DNA from: Podarcis liolepis
Taxonomy: Eukaryota
DNA length: 64,000 nucleotides
Direction: 5' to 3' (one strand)
Assembly (NCBI GenBank): GCA_965112155.1
Contig: OZ218100.1
Shown here: one piece after another, positions 36,798 to 49,550 of the stretch
Numbering within the stretch: position 1 is the first letter of the stretch
Layout: each line of letters starts with the position of its first letter
Translations under genes and position numbers: made by a program
The notes under the pieces: generated by a model
Databases searched by the model: none
Told to the model about the DNA's origin: nothing
The model's input: the letters and a program-made list of their open reading frames with translations, nothing else

Positions 36798-37047
36798 CAG
36801 CATACCTTGGAAGTCGAATGGAATCTGTTCTGGCAGTTTGTTCGACTTCCAAAACATTTGAAAACCAAATCGCGGCTTCTGATTAGCTTCAGAAAGCTCC
36901 TGCAGCCAACCAGAAGCTGCGGAAGCCCCATTGGACGTTCGAGTTCCAAAAGAATGTTCGCAAACTGGAACAATCACTTCCGGGTTTGTGGCATTTGGGA
37001 GCCAAAATGTCTGAGATCCAGGGCATTAGACAACCAAGGTACAACTG
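36798..37047. mobile_element. Tc1/mariner MITE, family B (CpG-decayed)
   Basis: TA|CAGCATACCTTGG ... CCAAGGTACAACTG|TA. Internal palindrome gcggcttctgattagct / agccaaccagaagctgc. Confidence 0.82.
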
Positions 37048-37149
37048 TAATTATGAGAGGACATAACTATGCTTTTGGGGAAAGAGCTTGACTTCTTGAA
37101 GCTGCTGTTATTAGTTTGCGGGTGCCAGACTTCTATATCCCTGGATCTA

Positions 37150-37480
37150 GCAAGTGTTAAAAGCTTATCAAGTCAGGCTAGCTTCCTCATGTGAGCTAGA
37201 AAAAGTAGCAAGCAGAAGAGCCAGAGGCAATGCTTGAATCCAAGGCTGCGGCAATGGGAGAAACAGGATCATTTTGGATTGTTAATGCTGCAAATCTTCA
37301 TCGGAGGCTCAGGTTGTATACATGTGTAAATAAACCATATATCAAAATGACATCACAGTCTCCACTGTGCCTCATTTCCAAAAAAGAAACACATACCTGA
37401 TCCCTACAAGTACAAAGTAAGTACCTGGAACCACAGAAACCTCACAACACTCAGAAATTTGGGGTGCTGTGCAATCCTGC
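37150..37480 (+). mobile_element. LTR-like interspersed repeat, copy 2
   Basis: Colinear with 15714-16075. AATAAA at 37329-37334. Confidence 0.55.
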
Positions 37481-38647
37481 TGGGACAGGGAGGGAGGGAA
37501 GACAGATCACACAGGCACAACTCTTTATTTTTATCCACTGGGCTTACTGTCTGCTTGGATGGGGCCATTTTGATTGGGAAAATACAGAAAGTAAGAGGTC
37601 ACTGCCCTTTCCCTGAATCCTTTCCCTGATCTAATTCAGGACCCCCTGTGGCTGCTTTTAAGTTTAGAAGAGAAGGGAGATCTGATCAGATATCTATTTG
37701 TTTTGCCCCAAAGTACTGCTGCAAAAGCAACTTCAAGAGGCATTAACTCTCCTATCGAATGATTTCTTCTGTCTGCTTTCCCTTCTGGCCTTTATTTTAA
37801 ACCTAATAATCCCCATGCAAATATTAGTTTTTATTGGTTTATACAAGAAGCGCTTGAATGTGATCCTTAGGTTATTCTTTCTACAAAGAAGAAACACAGC
37901 AGTTTAAAGCTGTGCCGAATGCTGTCACTCAGGGACTGAGTTGCCCAGAAGAGAGGAGAGTCTTATAGGGAAGGCGCCAACAATTAGTTAGGTAATTAAG
38001 GGAATGTACAGTGGCAGTTGGGAAAGGTAAAAATGACTCATGGGAGACGTAATCTCCTTGATTTAAATGGGCACTTCAAACATTAATCATCTTAAAGGGC
38101 ACTATCATTTTGCTGTGCCACTGAGAACTTTCAGCATCTTTGCACTCATCGCAAATGTGGAGTGCAAAACTCTGTAGCTTCTGCATCAGGTTGGAGATGC
38201 CTGATTAAACTGAAGAGATGCTAGGCAAGGCACATTGTCTTTTATCTGCATTCTGACAGTTCTGGCTGTGTTGTTCTCAGAGGCTGCTTAATGCTGTGTT
38301 CGCCAGGTCTTCCTTCACATGCAGTTTTCTGCATCCCAGACAATAAAGGAGATACAATTTCTACCGCTGCATGAATATTTACTGTGAATGCTTTGTTTGA
38401 AATCTTCTTTGTGCCAACATTAAAGGGATGTCAGAAAGCCGATCCCTACAAGTACAAAGTAAGCTATTTCAAACAGTCTTTTAAGGAGGAAAGAAGGAAA
38501 TCTCAGCCACTGCATGTACTTTTCATAATCGCGCAAGATGGATCAACGCCAAAGGAATGTAGCATTGTTCAACATCAAGTTGACATTGATGAACACTCAG
38601 AAGACCTGTTCGAGGTGGTGGTGTGCAGGTTCACAGAGTCCTTGGTG

Positions 38648-38680
38648 GATACAAGCAATGAGGGAACACACTTGAAGCTT

Positions 38681-38717
<37 letters not shown>

Positions 38718-39130
38718 AAGGCTGAGCTCAGGTTGCTACTATAAAGAAGTTTGAGAGGGTGGTTGTAGGGAGCTAACTAAGGGCTCATCCAAACTTGCCT
38801 TTGCCCTACCACATTCTCCCTGCAGAAACCCAATCTTTACTGCTGAGCAAAACGTCAATTTGGTTGTTTTTCCCCCTGGGTTGATGTTTGCTCTTATTTA
38901 TTGCTAAAGAACAGCTTTTTCTCAGGGAAAGTGGCAAAGCACGGGTAAAACCTCTTCGGCCGTGCCTAGAAAGTGTGGGACAAGCAGAAAACCACTTGGA
39001 CCTGTGCTTTGAAGGCACAAGGACAAGCAGAAGTGTGGATTGTGCTCTTGACATGCTATTCCACACACAAACACACCCACAAACACACACACACCCCAAG
39101 CTTCAAGTGTGTTCTCTCATTGTTTGTATC
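38648..39130. repeat. ~480-bp palindromic structure: ~70-bp outer inverted arms with (TG)n/(CA)n around an inner MITE (~38780-39048)
   Basis: gatacaagcaatgagggaacacacttgaagcttgg(tg)n-tggaa vs ttcca-(ca)n-ccaagcttcaagtgtgttctctcattgtttgtatc. Inner TIR-like pair agggctcatccaaactt / aagtgtggattgtgctct. Confidence 0.85.
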
Positions 39131-40927
39131 TGGTGCCCTTCAGATGTTTTGGGCTACAACTCTCATCAACCCTAGGCAGCACCATTGGCAGTCCAAAATA
39201 TCTAGTGGGCACCAGATTGGGTAAAATTGCTTCAGCTAGTAACCCTCCACTCACACAATGGAAGCATTGAGTTTGAAATAATTGTGTGTATCTAAGGACC
39301 AAACCTAGACACCAGTGACCCCTCTACACTTTTTGTAAATACCTGCTTCAGCAGAGAAGGCAATGGAAATTGGGACCATGAGGAAGGAGGAAGACAGATG
39401 GGTTTACCCTTTATGTCATGTGATTTCTATGATGAAAATCATACTTGCTCCATCACTACTACTCTGCAAGGTGCTATTTGCCCTGGAAACAAAATCATGC
39501 TTGTGTATAGAATTAAAAAAAAAAAAAAAACGGGAGAAGAAAAGGTTAAACTGTCTCCCCTCATTTGGTGTGATCCTGATCTGGAGTGCCACCCATGTTC
39601 CTTACGGTTGCTATTTACAAAAGTTTAAAGAGACAGACATTTGGATTTATTGTTTGTAGTTTGGAGACAGGAGCACACATCAAATAATGATATGAGTGAA
39701 TGGTGTTGTGTTGGCATTGTAAACTATACAAGTTATAAAGTGGCATATAAAGGTTTAATAAGGAATATTCACACCAATATGGACCAGAAAGATTGAAAAG
39801 AAAGAGAGCTGGCTGTGAAGACAATCTTGCAATCCTTACTAATTAAGAATTTGCTTTCAAAGGCTATAGCCCTGGCACATGTTTCCAGGTCTCCCCTGTT
39901 GTTGTTGTGTTGTTGTTTAATATAAGAAGAAAACACCACAGACTTGGTGCTGAGCATTTAAAATGCAGAGCAATAATTTTTGGTAAAAATATGATAGGTC
40001 TGGTGAAGATGGGCATTCCTCATTGCTTTGTCCCTTGTCTGTGACTGCTGGGACAAGAGAGGGAAAGAGGGAGGGAGGGAGGGAGGGAAACAGAAAGAAA
40101 GAAAGAGTTTTGTTCTATATTCTATGATGAATGACAGATATGCCCTTAATGATTAACTTTAGAACCACTTTAAATCAGAATCTGCTCTACACCCCTGTCA
40201 TTGATTTTTAAATCTCTTTCTGAAATTACTGGTTTCTCTAATTGGCTGTTGAAATAATTAGTAGACTCTGACATTGGTATTCTTTTAATTAGGAGCTCTA
40301 CTACATTAGTAAGGCGGGTATGTCAAAGCTCTCCTCTGAAGCCTTGATCCACTGAACTTTCAGCACAGCCTGCACTATGGAACACACGCAGACACATAAC
40401 CATCACTGTCAGAAGAGCTGGTATCATCAATCATATGAGGGGGATTGGAACTGGGAACTGGGTCACACAGATTCAATCCAGCAACCACTTCCTCTCCCTT
40501 ATGCCATCTGCCTCATGACCACCTGGCAGTTCTGGTTTGCTCTTGTGTCATGGATGGGGACTCTCAGGCGTGGAAGTCAAACAAGGTGCTCCAGACTTCT
40601 CTACCAATATTGCAGGACTTTCCCTTCTGGTTGAAGATGGTGACAAATAATGCTGAACTCCATGCTCTGTTTTAATTTGTTTTAATTTTGAATAGTTTTT
40701 AAAGTCAGTTGGCTCAGCTGTTAATGATAATTGCAACATACAGGCAAGGAGCATATCTGTTTTATCTGTTTTACTTTTACATTTACATGGACTTGAAAGT
40801 CATATATCTGAATGGCTCAGCCGTTGACACGATTGCCCTCTCCCATTTTGTGGAGTCCATTTGGGTCCTTGGTACACTCCAGAGCTTAGGGTGAGGAAGT
40901 AAGCTGGGAGACATCTCAAATGCATCG

Positions 40928-41885
40928 GGATTCAAGATGACCTTAACAGATGGGAGAAGTGTACCCAAACTAACAAAATGAATTTCATTAAGAGCCAATG
41001 TAAGGTTCTGTACTTAGGCAGGAATAACCAGCTGTGCAAATATAAGATGGGGGACACCTGGCTTGCCAGTAGTACCTGGGAAAAGGATCTAGGGATCTTA
41101 GTAGACCACAAGCTGAACATAAGTCAACAGTGTGATGCAGCAGCAAAAAAAGTCTAATGCTGTTCTAGGCTTCATCAACAGAAGTATAGTGTCCTGATAA
41201 AGGGAAGTAATGGTCCCGCTTTATTCTGCCTTGGTCAGACCACACCTGGATTACTGTGTCCAGTTTTGGGTGTCACAGTTTAAGAAGTTTAAGAAGCCCA
41301 GTTTTGGGTGTCACAGGCTGGAACATGTGCAGATGAGTGTGACCAAGATGATCAAGGGTCCAGAAACCAAGCATCATGAGGAGTGGTTGAGGGAGTTGGC
41401 CACATTTGGCCTGGATAAGAGAAGATTGGGACTTGGTGGCACTGTGATCTAAACCACTGAGCCTCTTGGGCTTGCTGATTAGAAGGTTGGCAGTTCGAAT
41501 CCCCGCGACAGGGTGAGCTTCCATTGCTCGGTCCCTGCTCCTGCCAACCTAGCAGTTCAAAAGCACACCGCTGCAAGTAGATAAATAGCTACTGCTCCGG
41601 CAGAAAGGTAAATGGTGTTTCCATGCACTGCTCTGGTTCACCAGAAGCAGCTTAGTCATGCTGGCCACATGACCTGGAAAAACTGTCTATGGACAAACGC
41701 CGGCTCCCTTGGCCTATAAAGTGAGATGAGTGCCACAACCCCAGAGTCGTTTGTGACTGGACTTAATTGTCAGGGGTCCTTTACCTTTACCTTTAAGAGG
41801 AGATTGAGAGGAGAAATGACAGCTATCTTCAAAGATCTAAAGTGCTGTCACAAGGTGGAGCAAACTTGTTTTCTCCTGCTCCAAC
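40928..41885 (+). mobile_element. CR1 LINE ORF2 C-terminal fragment, interrupted by a Sauria SINE
   Basis: Translates IQDDLNRWEKC..NKMNF..QCKVLYLGRNNQL.KYKMGDTWLASSTWEKDLGILVDHKLNISQQCDAAAKK and [18 protein letters not shown], canonical CR1 post-RT motifs. Contains stops and frameshifts. Confidence 0.95.
41428..41794 (+). mobile_element. Sauria SINE (full length) nested in CR1
   Basis: Head gggac..ggtggcactgtg..ctaaaccactgagcctcttgggcttg, B-box gttcgaatcc, gtagataaatag, (ACCTTT)n tail. Near-perfect TSD TAAGAGAAGATTG / TAAGAGGAGATTG. Confidence 0.95.
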
Positions 41886-42112
41886 GTCAGTGCCCTAACA
41901 TCCAGGTTATGCTGGAATGACCCTTTGGCTCTGTCCCATCACATTGGCCACTGTCACCACCCCTATTCAATGTGATGCATGCACATTGCAGAAGTGCTGT
42001 TCAGTGCACACTGTACAGCTTCAGCGGTAGGTGAAGATTTTCCTTCCATCCCCACTTCCACAAAATTGGAAAGTTACTTGGCTCTGTCCTAGCAGAAATA
42101 ATCAGGGGTCTC

Positions 42113-42295
42113 ACATCCACATACCACATATTTAAAGCACATTTAATGCACATCATTTCCCTCAAGGAATTCTGAGAGCTCTAGTTTAAGTGTGCTGGGA
42201 ATTGTGCTCTGTGAGGGGTAAACCACAGTTCCCAGTATTCTTGGGGGGGGGGGAGCCATGTGCTTTGAATGTGATTTAAATGGTGTATATGTGTC
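42113..42295. mobile_element. Palindromic MITE (Harbinger-like lizard family)
   Basis: Inverted ends cacataccacatatttaaagcacatt / aatgtgatttaaatggtgtatatgtg. Confidence 0.6.
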
Positions 42296-42844
42296 AAAGG
42301 GTCTCTGTATTTCTAGATGTATTTCATCATCCATATTTTGCCACTTTTTGTTCCATTTGTCAAATCCATATCATTATAAAAGTCTCCAAAGACCAATTAA
42401 TTTAAAGTGATTTGAGCCTCTAATCATTTTGCCATTGTACCTGCTGTTCCTATGCAATTCTCCCTTTGTTTCTCTGAAAAACATTTTCCTCCCAATCTTT
42501 AAAAGCATGCTGGGTCAACAAATAGGAAAAATTGGATAGGTTATAGTGCTCGACTTGAGAGATTGATCTGCTGGGAATATAAGTGATTATTTAGAAACAA
42601 AACTTTTTTTTAAAGTATCAAATATCATTATAAACCAATTTGGGCCCGTCTGTTCCCTGGCATTCCTGTTGCTTTCTCTATGTTTGTAAAAATCACAATT
42701 CTAGGAAACACCATCCATTCAATTCATTGGTGGGCAGAATCATTTGAGGCTATTCTCAAACTGCACTTCAGAATACTGGAGACTTACTAGTGATTTCAGT
42801 ATTGTGAATTGTAAGCTCTATCTTGCAAATGGGATCCTCTTTAT

Positions 42845-43585
42845 TGAGGACACCCCCGCAGGGTTAAATTTGTTAGGGGAGTAGTTAAGCCTTAGCTCCC
42901 CACCCAGGGATCATGCCAGGCTGTTTGGGCCAATCGCGTGAGGTATTGTGATTCCTGGGGTCTGTAAATGTGGCAGTGCGATGTAATTTGGGGCCCTTGC
43001 CTCATGCTGCTGGACACCCACCCTTCCTCCCTGATGTTAGGCAGTGTTGCTTTGGCTTTGCTTTGGATTGGGTCACCTGTTTTGGAACAGGGGGTGGGTA
43101 GGAATTTTTTCCATTTGGCAGATTGGCTTTAGCCACTTGGTTTTCACCTACCCCCTCAGCAATCATCACAACTTGTAAGGTTTGGCAGTTAGGCATTAGC
43201 TTTTTGGAATGTGGGGGAGGGGAGGTGTGGCCATCACCTGCCCCTCCAGGAATAGGGTATTCTGGTAAAGGAATCTGGGGGTCCTGGATCTTGTCCAAAG
43301 TCCGCTTGAAGGGGCTAGGGCCATGCCAGGAGCACAGGAACCCCAGGGTGAGCTTCAGTTGGTCTTCATCGATGTTGTTCCCTCATTTGGTGTTTATCCT
43401 TTCAGACTACCAGCCAGAGAGGCGGGGAGTCAGTTATAGTCTGTTGCCAATGCCTAAGCCAATACCGCTCACTTTTTCTGTAATCAATAAAGTTGTGGCC
43501 TAAAATTTGCTCAATAACTTAAACTAAAATATGTGTCTATGTGAAGTTATTTATGGGGGAGAGGTTCTTGGGGCCTCGAAGCACA
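42845..43585 (+). mobile_element. Solo-LTR-like element
   Basis: ~720-bp G-rich block distinct from its flanks, TG...CA ends, CCAAT near 42930, AATAAA near 43487 followed by a short U5-like segment. TSD not resolved. Confidence 0.55.
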
Positions 43586-46499
43586 AAGGACAAAATGCCA
43601 AATAGTGTAGCCCCCCTCACACAGGCACCACATGAAAGGGGCATCTCTGGCATCAGGCATGCTGCTAAATCAGTTGTAGACAGTGCGCCATGGGTTAATC
43701 ACCCCTCTTAACATTACAGCACATGGAAGTGGAGACAGGAAAACCTAGTATTTGAAAGGAGAGGGTAGCTTCTCCTTCATAACAGTTGGGGTGCTAGTTT
43801 GTTTTGTAATGTGATATCTGAGCCTGATCCCAAGTTCAATAGTGAGAAGTGACCTGTAGTTTGTGTGCATAGTTATTTCCACTTTACACATTTGGCTGAC
43901 CCTTGGTCATCTCACCATCAGTGAAACAGTACCTGATGGGAAAGGTGTCCTGTGGGTTTCATTGTCACGATCATAGGCCCTTAGGCTACTATGACTACCC
44001 ATGTTTGTTTGGAGCAAGATGAAATTTTAATTGATTTCCAAGAAGCGTGGTTTTCAATTATGCTAGACAGGTAATGCACTTTCCAATTATTGTTCTGGGA
44101 AACATATATGGCTGTAATTAAACATGCTGGGTTATTTGACAGATTTTAAATATTTCTTATTAGAGCAATGCTTCACTCACATGATTTTAGCAAGGGAATT
44201 TCCAAAAGGGTGCTTTATCACACCAGCACAAACACCTTGGGGGTGGGATAATAAAACTCTTCTCCTTATGCAATTTGGTGAGCATTCCGAAAAGTGTGTC
44301 CCAGTTTGGTTATTAATTATTGTAATCTATGTGGATGTCTTTAGAAAAATCAGGTCTCATACTTAAAGAGGTGTGTCGCTTAATAATTAAAACAGAGACC
44401 TATGCTCCTATTGGGAAATATCAAATTGTGATTGCTACTGTTCAGAGAAGAATGACATTACAGAAGAAGAATGAAGTGCTTCATGGACTTCCCTGGCAGC
44501 CACTGACAAATAAAGATTATGTTCCCCTACATCCACTCAGATGATGGCTACACACAAATTAAGAAAAACCAAGAAATTACTTGCAACAATAAAAAAGAAA
44601 CTAAAATAACTTTTTAAAAACTACTCAGATACAAATAATAATAAGGGAAGATCAGGTGCTAAGTATAGAGAGGAAAAGCAAATGCAATGTTTTACGGGAA
44701 CATGTGAATGCTGCCACTGTTTGGCCCTACCTTAAGGTCATCGTAGAAACTTTAGGTAAGTTAATCAGAAAACACAGCTAGTAGCTATAGCTATGCCTCC
44801 AGATCTGTATATTCTGTTGGACTCTCCATATCTGAGCCAGTGTGTTGGAAAAACTAGTAAAAAAAGAGATGTAAATAGGAGATGTAACACAGACAAATTA
44901 ATAAAATTATAAGTAAAATTATTTTAGTGGCTAGAAAGTTGTTGTATTTGTGCCATCTTAGATGCACATGGATTCCAAAACAGTAGTATAGCAATACAAA
45001 CAAAATTTTTAAAAGGTTTAATTGTTAAGGGAATTTTGGTTAGCCAATCAACCATGACTAATTATAATAACAATGTTCATATTTTGAGTATCTGGTACAG
45101 TGAGCATCTAATTAGTTCAAACATTTTAGTTGGTCCAGTTAAATATTAGTCAGTTCATGTAATAATTACATTCGGAGGGAAGGGAGTCAGGAGGATAATA
45201 CACAACTCCTTCAGAGAAAATATGGCCATGTTTCCCTCCAGTTGCATTGTTCATTATTACTGTCTTGTGTCTGTTGGGATATTCTAGAGAAATTATCATT
45301 CACAAAATGAACAAGCACATTTGGAAACATGGGAAGGAGACTGCAAAAGATGGAGGAAAACTGGACAAGAAAGCAGGAGAACAATAAAAATCATTTCCAT
45401 TCTTTATTGCTAGTCCTAAGTTTCTAGTTTGGAATGGTTTTTTACAGAATGGATTTCACATGTACACATATATACATTTTGGGGTGGGGGAATGACACAG
45501 GCTTTAATTTCAACTACTAACAGGGATGAAGATTAGAAAATTGTAATAGGTGGGTCTGGGCTTCTGTTACATTATTCTAAGCATAGTTTACTTGTTACAC
45601 TTCTTGAGTTTCACTGTTGTTGGACAGGGGAAAAGAGGGTCATCCTGCAATCACTTTCCTTTTTTCAACTGTGTGGTAGTTGAATGCTTGTGTTGAGATG
45701 AGAAAAGGAAGAATAAACAGTAAAAGCATTCCTCAAAGAACATATCAGCTCCTGTTTACAGCAGGAGTGGGTAACTGTGGGCTGTATTAAGATAGTCTGT
45801 GGGCTGTATCTAGCCTCCCAAGTAATTTTGGGGCTTGGGCTTCTTTTTTGCTGTGTCCCATCATATCACCAGTCATGTAGTTGCCACATAATTCATAGAG
45901 CTTTTTGTCTGCCCATTGGTTGTGGCATAAACCACTAGAATAAATCTTTGTTTTTGGTTCTCTTCCTTTCACTGCATTCATTTTCTCTTTGACCAGCTGA
46001 GTAACATTAACTCACTATGTGTTTTTACATTTATAATGGCCTTTCTTTTGAAAAGGTTATACACTTTTCTTTGATGACCATGACCACTTTGACTTTGGGC
46101 TCCAAGTTGTGGACATCATGTCTGATATTGATTGCATATCATTGTAACAAATGGGACTCTGCCCATTTGAGGATGGATGGAATACTGGGTGTTACTTTGG
46201 TGTGATCGCTTCTCTTTGTCCGTCCTTATTTGTCTTGACAGATCAGAGTTGTGACACATTTTTGAGATTGTATGGACAACTTATAATCACTTGTACTCTA
46301 AAATGAAATTATACCCATGAGAGCAAAACACCCCTCCCCCCCCCATTCTCTGGCTAATTATATAAATTAAAACACCAGAATCTGGAAACAACATTGTGAT
46401 CCATAATAGAGAAAACAGACACCTCTTTACTGTCCTCTTCATTTGTCTTTGTCAGTCACTCTGCTAATATGTTATGGTTTCTTACCATTCACATCTCTG

Positions 46500-47000
46500 T
46501 CCATCCTTTTAGGTGCAAAAGGGGCTAATTAGACTGTCAACAGGAACTGATCAATGTGGAAAAGTGGTTTCATTCTAATTTCCAATTCTTATACAAAATG
46601 GATTTTTCCTGTCATTTTATTTAAAGTAACTAAATAGATAGGTGGTTGGTATTTGATTCCAAATGCATCTTTCTGTCTCTTATCAAAATTTGCCACACAA
46701 GCTAATGATGATGGTATTATGTAGTGGTTTACTCAGCCAAAGGAAGATCAGCTAACATTATTAATTACCACAGAACAAACAACTTTGTTTTAGGTGGGTT
46801 AATTACAGTATGTCATGACAAAAGTGAGTGATTGCCTTGCTTTTTGTGTGCATGTATGTGTGTTGAGTTGTGTGTAATAAGGATAATATGGAGATCTGAT
46901 TAAAATGGCTGACAGAAAATTAATCGTTTTTGAAATCTTGGAACTGTGAGAAATATCTTACCATTGCTATCAGTAATGCCTTGGGTAAGTACTTATTTCC
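46500..47000. promoter_or_regulatory. Repeat-free block resembling a conserved non-coding element
   Basis: No recognisable TE. Dense TAAT/ATTA cores (gctaattag, attattaattacc, gttaattac, tgattaaaat) and TGTCA/TGACA motifs. Conservation not tested. Confidence 0.35.
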
Positions 47001-48199
47001 AGGCCTGACAGTCTGCTTATGTTGACTCACGCTTTTAAGGCAGCTTGTAAATTTTGGCAGAGAGTTTTTCCAATTTTGGCATTATTAGCTTTGTATGGTT
47101 TTATTGTTAATATCGCTGTTTAAAAGAGTTCTCCGTTAACTGTGGATGGCAGGTGGAATCTGTTCTTTTCTCATTGTTATCTTTTCTGTATTGCTTCTGA
47201 CTTTTATTCATTTTTCCTAGGTGTGAGTTTGCTGATAATGGAAGAATAAAATATGAGTACATTAGGCAAAATCCATGCAAGGCTTTTGATTAGCGGTCCT
47301 CTGTTCATGTTCCCCCCGTCTGTTGATTGTAAACTATTCTTGCTCACTAATCTATGTCTGTTACTTTGTTTCTCTTAAGCACATGATTTTTCAATTCCAG
47401 TGCTGTGCTTATGATCGTTTGGCTTTATGATGCTGGTTTTATTTTAAATGTGGTCCTCCTGGGATTATACTTTCATCTCACATACTCAGGGCTGATTTGG
47501 TTTGTTTTCTGATTGCAATATTATTCAAGAAGTAAAATACAGAGGAAGAGTGCTTCCCTTAGGTGGAAAAATGTTATAGTGATTACATACAGCATGCTAA
47601 TTTTCACCAGATGTTCCTTTGTGGATGAACAACTCTGTTCCCCTGTATGATGAAAGTATTTTGATCACTTTGATGCTTTCAGTAACATACTTAGAGTAAC
47701 TTTGTTTGAAATGACACTCTGCTATGCAATGCAGCATGGGTTCTGATGCAGAGTCCCAGGACTGGCAAAAGGGGGGTGTACTATATGCCCTTGCTTTAAC
47801 AGGAATAGATAAACTGCAATAGAAATTTGCATATGGAAAGTACAGAAATGAATGGGCCCTCCCGAAAACCTGATTATTGAATCAGTTGCGGATTTAGGGG
47901 AGCGCAACTGATTCAATTGCACTGGGTACAGAGTCTCAGGGGTGCTGCTGGAGATGCCACAACTATCATTTAGAACGGGGCACGAGAGGTGGAGGAGAGC
48001 TGTATTTTGGCATTGCACAGGGTGCTGCTGAAATTTGGGACCCCTGGGCTTGCCCCTGTAATGATTTGCTAATTCACTGTTTATACATCTTATTGTTAAT
48101 CATCCGTTCCACACTTTTCAGTACAGTTTCCTATCACTTTCCTAACCACAAAGAAAGAAAGAAAGTGAATTTGTTGTGCTAGGGCAGCAGAACGCTTTA

Positions 48200-48900
48200 A
48201 TCCCCTTTACTTGCACAAGCCTAAATTTACGGTATGTGCTTGAATCCCTCCTGCAAAATAATGACAGTCTGGAGGCAAGCAAAGTAGGCAGTACAAAGGC
48301 ATCACCCAAATGGGAATAGGAGAGCAATTAAGAGCAGAAATGAGCAGGCTTAACCACAGCAATGGTGCATAAATATTACACAGCGAAGAACAAAGTAATG
48401 GAACAGTGCAATGGCCAGCTCTTCACTTAATAATGTAACTTACTGTAGCTTCACTGCAGTTTAGAGAAATGACAGCTTACGGCAGCTGAAAATGTGGAAG
48501 GAGGAGATAACCTACAGATAAGCACACCTGGCAAGGTCCAGGGAGGTGACATATTTATCTTGCACCAAACAGGCATGGTAAATGTTGGAGTAAGGCCTGC
48601 CATAAATTACCCTGACATAGCATTACAGGTAACACAGTCTCACTTGTCTTCCTTTGCTGTGAATCGTAGCCTCCTAGGAATGCCAAAGTGCACTTTGGTC
48701 TTAAAGAATAATTCGCTTACTCGATTAGGGCGATAAGTGATGGGCTTGTGGTAGGGCAGAGAAAGTATGTCACACTTTCTCATCTAATATGTCCTTGAAG
48801 CCTTTCGTTTCATGAACTTGTGACGCTTGCTTTGTACTCCCCCTGTTTTAAAGCCACCTTTCTTTGTGCCATTATTAACAGATGGAAGGTCATATTGCTG
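48200..48900. promoter_or_regulatory. Repeat-free block resembling a conserved non-coding element / enhancer
   Basis: No recognisable TE. TGACAG x2, CATAAAT x2, paired AGATAA with E-boxes CAGCTG/CACCTG, AACAAAG. Conservation not tested. Confidence 0.35.
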
Positions 48901-49134
48901 GTCATATAATTTCCAAGACTTTCTGAGGAGCAGTAAAACAGCTCAAGCCAGGATTTATTTATTTATTCTATGTGAGCTGTAGTTACCACTGAAAAAGAAC
49001 AGCAGTTAGGGGAAGTTGCTAGCCAAAGATGCATGGGATTAATGGAAAATGTATCAAAAGCTCCAAGAATGGAATTGGAAAAAGTAGTGGAAGTCTTTAG
49101 CTGCTCCCTTAAGTTAAGAAAGGATCCAAAAATA

Positions 49135-49498
49135 CCGTATTTTTCTCTCTATAACACGCACCAGACCATAACACGCACGTAGTTTTTAGAGGAGGAAAAC
49201 AAGAAAAAAATATTCTAAACGAAATAGTGGATATATGATTTTTGTGGTTCATGCTGTGGCCACAGACATGTGATCTGACAGTGAGTTTGGAGTAGCCCAA
49301 TGCAAAAATCCTGAGGATCCATGTGGATCCATGCTTTGTAACCACGGATGAGGGAAGGAAGGGGAACCATGGATCCTCTGCTCACGACTGCAGCAGATCC
49401 CCCCCGCCACCCGCAGGCATTCGCTCCATAACACGCACAGACATTTCCCCTTACTTTCTAGGAGGAAAAAAGTGAGTGTTATGGTGCAAAAAATACGG
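49135..49498. mobile_element. Tc1/mariner (Tc2/pogo-like) MITE, family C
   Basis: TA|CCGTATTTTT ... AAAAATACGG|TA. Repeated subterminal ataacacgcac motif. Confidence 0.9.
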
Positions 49499-49550
49499 TA
49501 ATTAAGATTGGAGAAAGGCAACAAAATTTTATACCTTTCAATTAAAATAG

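Noticed and set aside
38340-38465. Exon ending at AAA|GTAAGC
   Set aside because: Stops in all three frames and only moderate splice signals.
40120-40225. Box C/D snoRNA (ATGATGA...CTGA)
   Set aside because: No terminal stem, no convincing internal boxes, and no recognisable rRNA antisense element.
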